Shown here: positions 62,301-64,000 of the stretch, one piece after another | Layout of the letters: every line of letters begins with the position of its first letter | Numbering within the stretch: position 1 is the first letter of the stretch | Source: an uncultured virus (IMG/VR IMGVR_UViG_3300031994_000060) | Taxonomy: Duplodnaviria > Heunggongvirae > Uroviricota > Caudoviricetes | Virus record (IMG/VR): IMGVR_UViG_3300031994_000060 | Reading direction: 5' to 3' (one strand) | DNA length: 64,000 bases | Made by a program: the position numbers and the translations under genes | The notes under the pieces: generated by a model | Database searches by the model: none | Told to the model about the DNA's origin: nothing | Seen by the model: only the letters and a program-made list of their open reading frames with translations

Positions 62301-64000
62301 ATTTCATTACACTAGATTTGTTTATTGCTTCATATAAATCATTGAAGCTAGCTCTAGTTCCATCAGCAAAATCACTTTTGATTTCTCATAAGAATGCTCA
62401 ACGTCATACAAGACTTCTTGAAGTTCAAACTTTTAAGTCTTTATCTGACATTCATTCATATTGTTTTAATATTGATAATGTGGCGTCAGAGAATGTATCT
62501 CAGAATCTTAAACTGTTTTTAGCTGGATCATATCTTTCAAAGAAGTCTTTAGCTTCTGGTGATAATAGACTATAATCTAATCAAGCATTACTAGCATTAA
62601 GATCTATTGTTATATCTCAGTAGTCCACTCTTCATTCATAGATATCTTCAAATAATTCCATAGCATTAGTATCTGAGAATAACAACTTCATCTTTTCCCA
62701 AAGATCATTGAAGAATGCTATTACATCATTACTTAATCATAGTGCTTCATTGTATCTATTATTAACATATTCTCAGAATCTTTCTGCTAACCATTCTTCA
62801 GTAATCTGTGTTTGATATGCTTTCTCATCTTCAGCTCTTAGCTCAGCATAGATTTCGTCATATCATCTAGAACTAGCAAAAGATTCTATCTGATCCTTAT
62901 GCCTATAATAAGTATTCTCATATAAATCAGCTATTCTTTTTTTAGTCCATTTCTTATCATGCATTAGTGATATAGCTTCATGGAACCATTCATGTCATAG
63001 AGTTCAAGATAATACAAGATCAGGATTAATTACAATAGCATGTAATTCTCTAACATGTGCGGCATTAGCTCTTCAACTCATAATATCTTGAGCTGCTGCA
63101 TCAATCTGTTCTTTATATATTATCTGTTCTTGTTCAGTAAATCATCTAGTTCTAATTTCTCAAGTTCTTCTATCAACTTCTATTATTCTTTGACTAGGTA
63201 ATCTTCTTGAGATATCATTTATTCTTGCAGTAACTTCTCTCTGAGATAAAGGTCTTTCATTCATAACTCATACCTCATTTCATGAAGCTTTTGCTTTAGC
63301 TAATGCATCAAATTCTTCTTCTGTTAAGTCTCAAAGTTTTCTTTGATTCTTATATGCAAACTCTTCTTCTCGTCTTCTATCATATTGTTCTAGTTCATAC
63401 TTCTTAGAATATGCAGCTTTTCTTCATGCTTCGTCTCATTCAAAAGAAGCCTTATTAATTTCTTCTTGAGCTTGTGCTAAAAGATTATCAACTTCGGATT
63501 TCTGGTATTCAGAAATCTTTTCTTGGATTTGGCTTGTAGCTTTTGTAGTCTTCTTCTTATATTTCTTTAAGGCTCATTTTCTTTCTAGCTCTCATAATTT
63601 ATTATTTAATTCTCAAATACGTTTTAGATCAGCAGCAGTATCTGTCAACTTTTCCATTTCTATAATACTCTTAGATAATGCTTTTAATATTCCTTTATAA
63701 ATTTCTGGATGATCTAAAACATCTTGAAGTAATTGTTCTTCTGTCCAATCCATAAGTCATTTTCTTTTAGCCCAATCAACAAGCAATTCTTTTTCTCAAT
63801 CAGACATATCAAGAATCTTCTCGTCTTTATATAATGCTAACAAGATATTATCTCTTCTGTTCCTTAATCTTTTTATCTTGGCATCCTCTAATCTTTGTGG
63901 TTCTTTTCAGAACATTGAATATCAATAGATATTGATAAGATCATTATCATTAGTAATAACCTTATTCTCTCAATACATAATATTCTTAATCTCCAGTTCA
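59314..64000 (-). CDS. very large protein (partial, >1560 aa) with zincin-like HEWFH motif; probable ejection/polyvalent protein
   Basis: TLGHEWFHEA near 62980-63000 and EEWLAERF near 62790 in the frame that ends at TAA 59314-59316. Confidence 0.65.

Noticed and set aside
1..64000. Mass pseudogenisation or a decayed prophage
   Set aside because: The interruptions I traced are TGA codons, frames are otherwise intact, and catalytic motifs are preserved.
1..64000. TGA=Trp (table 4)
   Set aside because: TGA occupies the Walker A Gly and forms tandem runs inside GGGG tracts, where Trp is implausible.
55130..64000. Single ~3000 aa ORF
   Set aside because: The frame changes at a TAATG stop/start overlap at 59312-59316, so there are two genes.

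Overview
AT-rich segment of a tailed dsDNA phage genome. The portal, scaffold, major capsid, adaptor, nozzle and large ejection-type genes suggest a podovirus-like virion. The supplied standard-code ORF track is mostly fragments and off-frame shadows because the phage is recoded. TGA reads as Gly (Walker A motifs, QGxxGSC, Gly runs) and CGA/CGG read as Trp (NWGVK-W-D, YFQ-W-GNNY, CPYK-W). This is the code reported for Absconditabacterales (SR1, Patescibacteria), so that is the inferred host. All coordinates below use this code. Bases 1-26.8 kb (+) carry small early genes, a host-like secreted/SLH gene pair, recombination and replication genes, and a lysozyme-like gene. Bases 26.8-64 kb (mostly -) carry a holin-like gene, three paralogous fibres, a papain-like peptidase, a GT9 and the head/tail genes. 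The most striking element is at 47.1-49.9 kb. Two divergent paralogous Gly-rich adhesin-like genes flank a ~130 bp segment that is bounded by inverted 12-6-12 dif-like sites and carries one clearly oriented promoter. This is a candidate invertible-promoter switch, and no recombinase is visible in the window. All calls come from manual reading and motif recognition; no searches were run.
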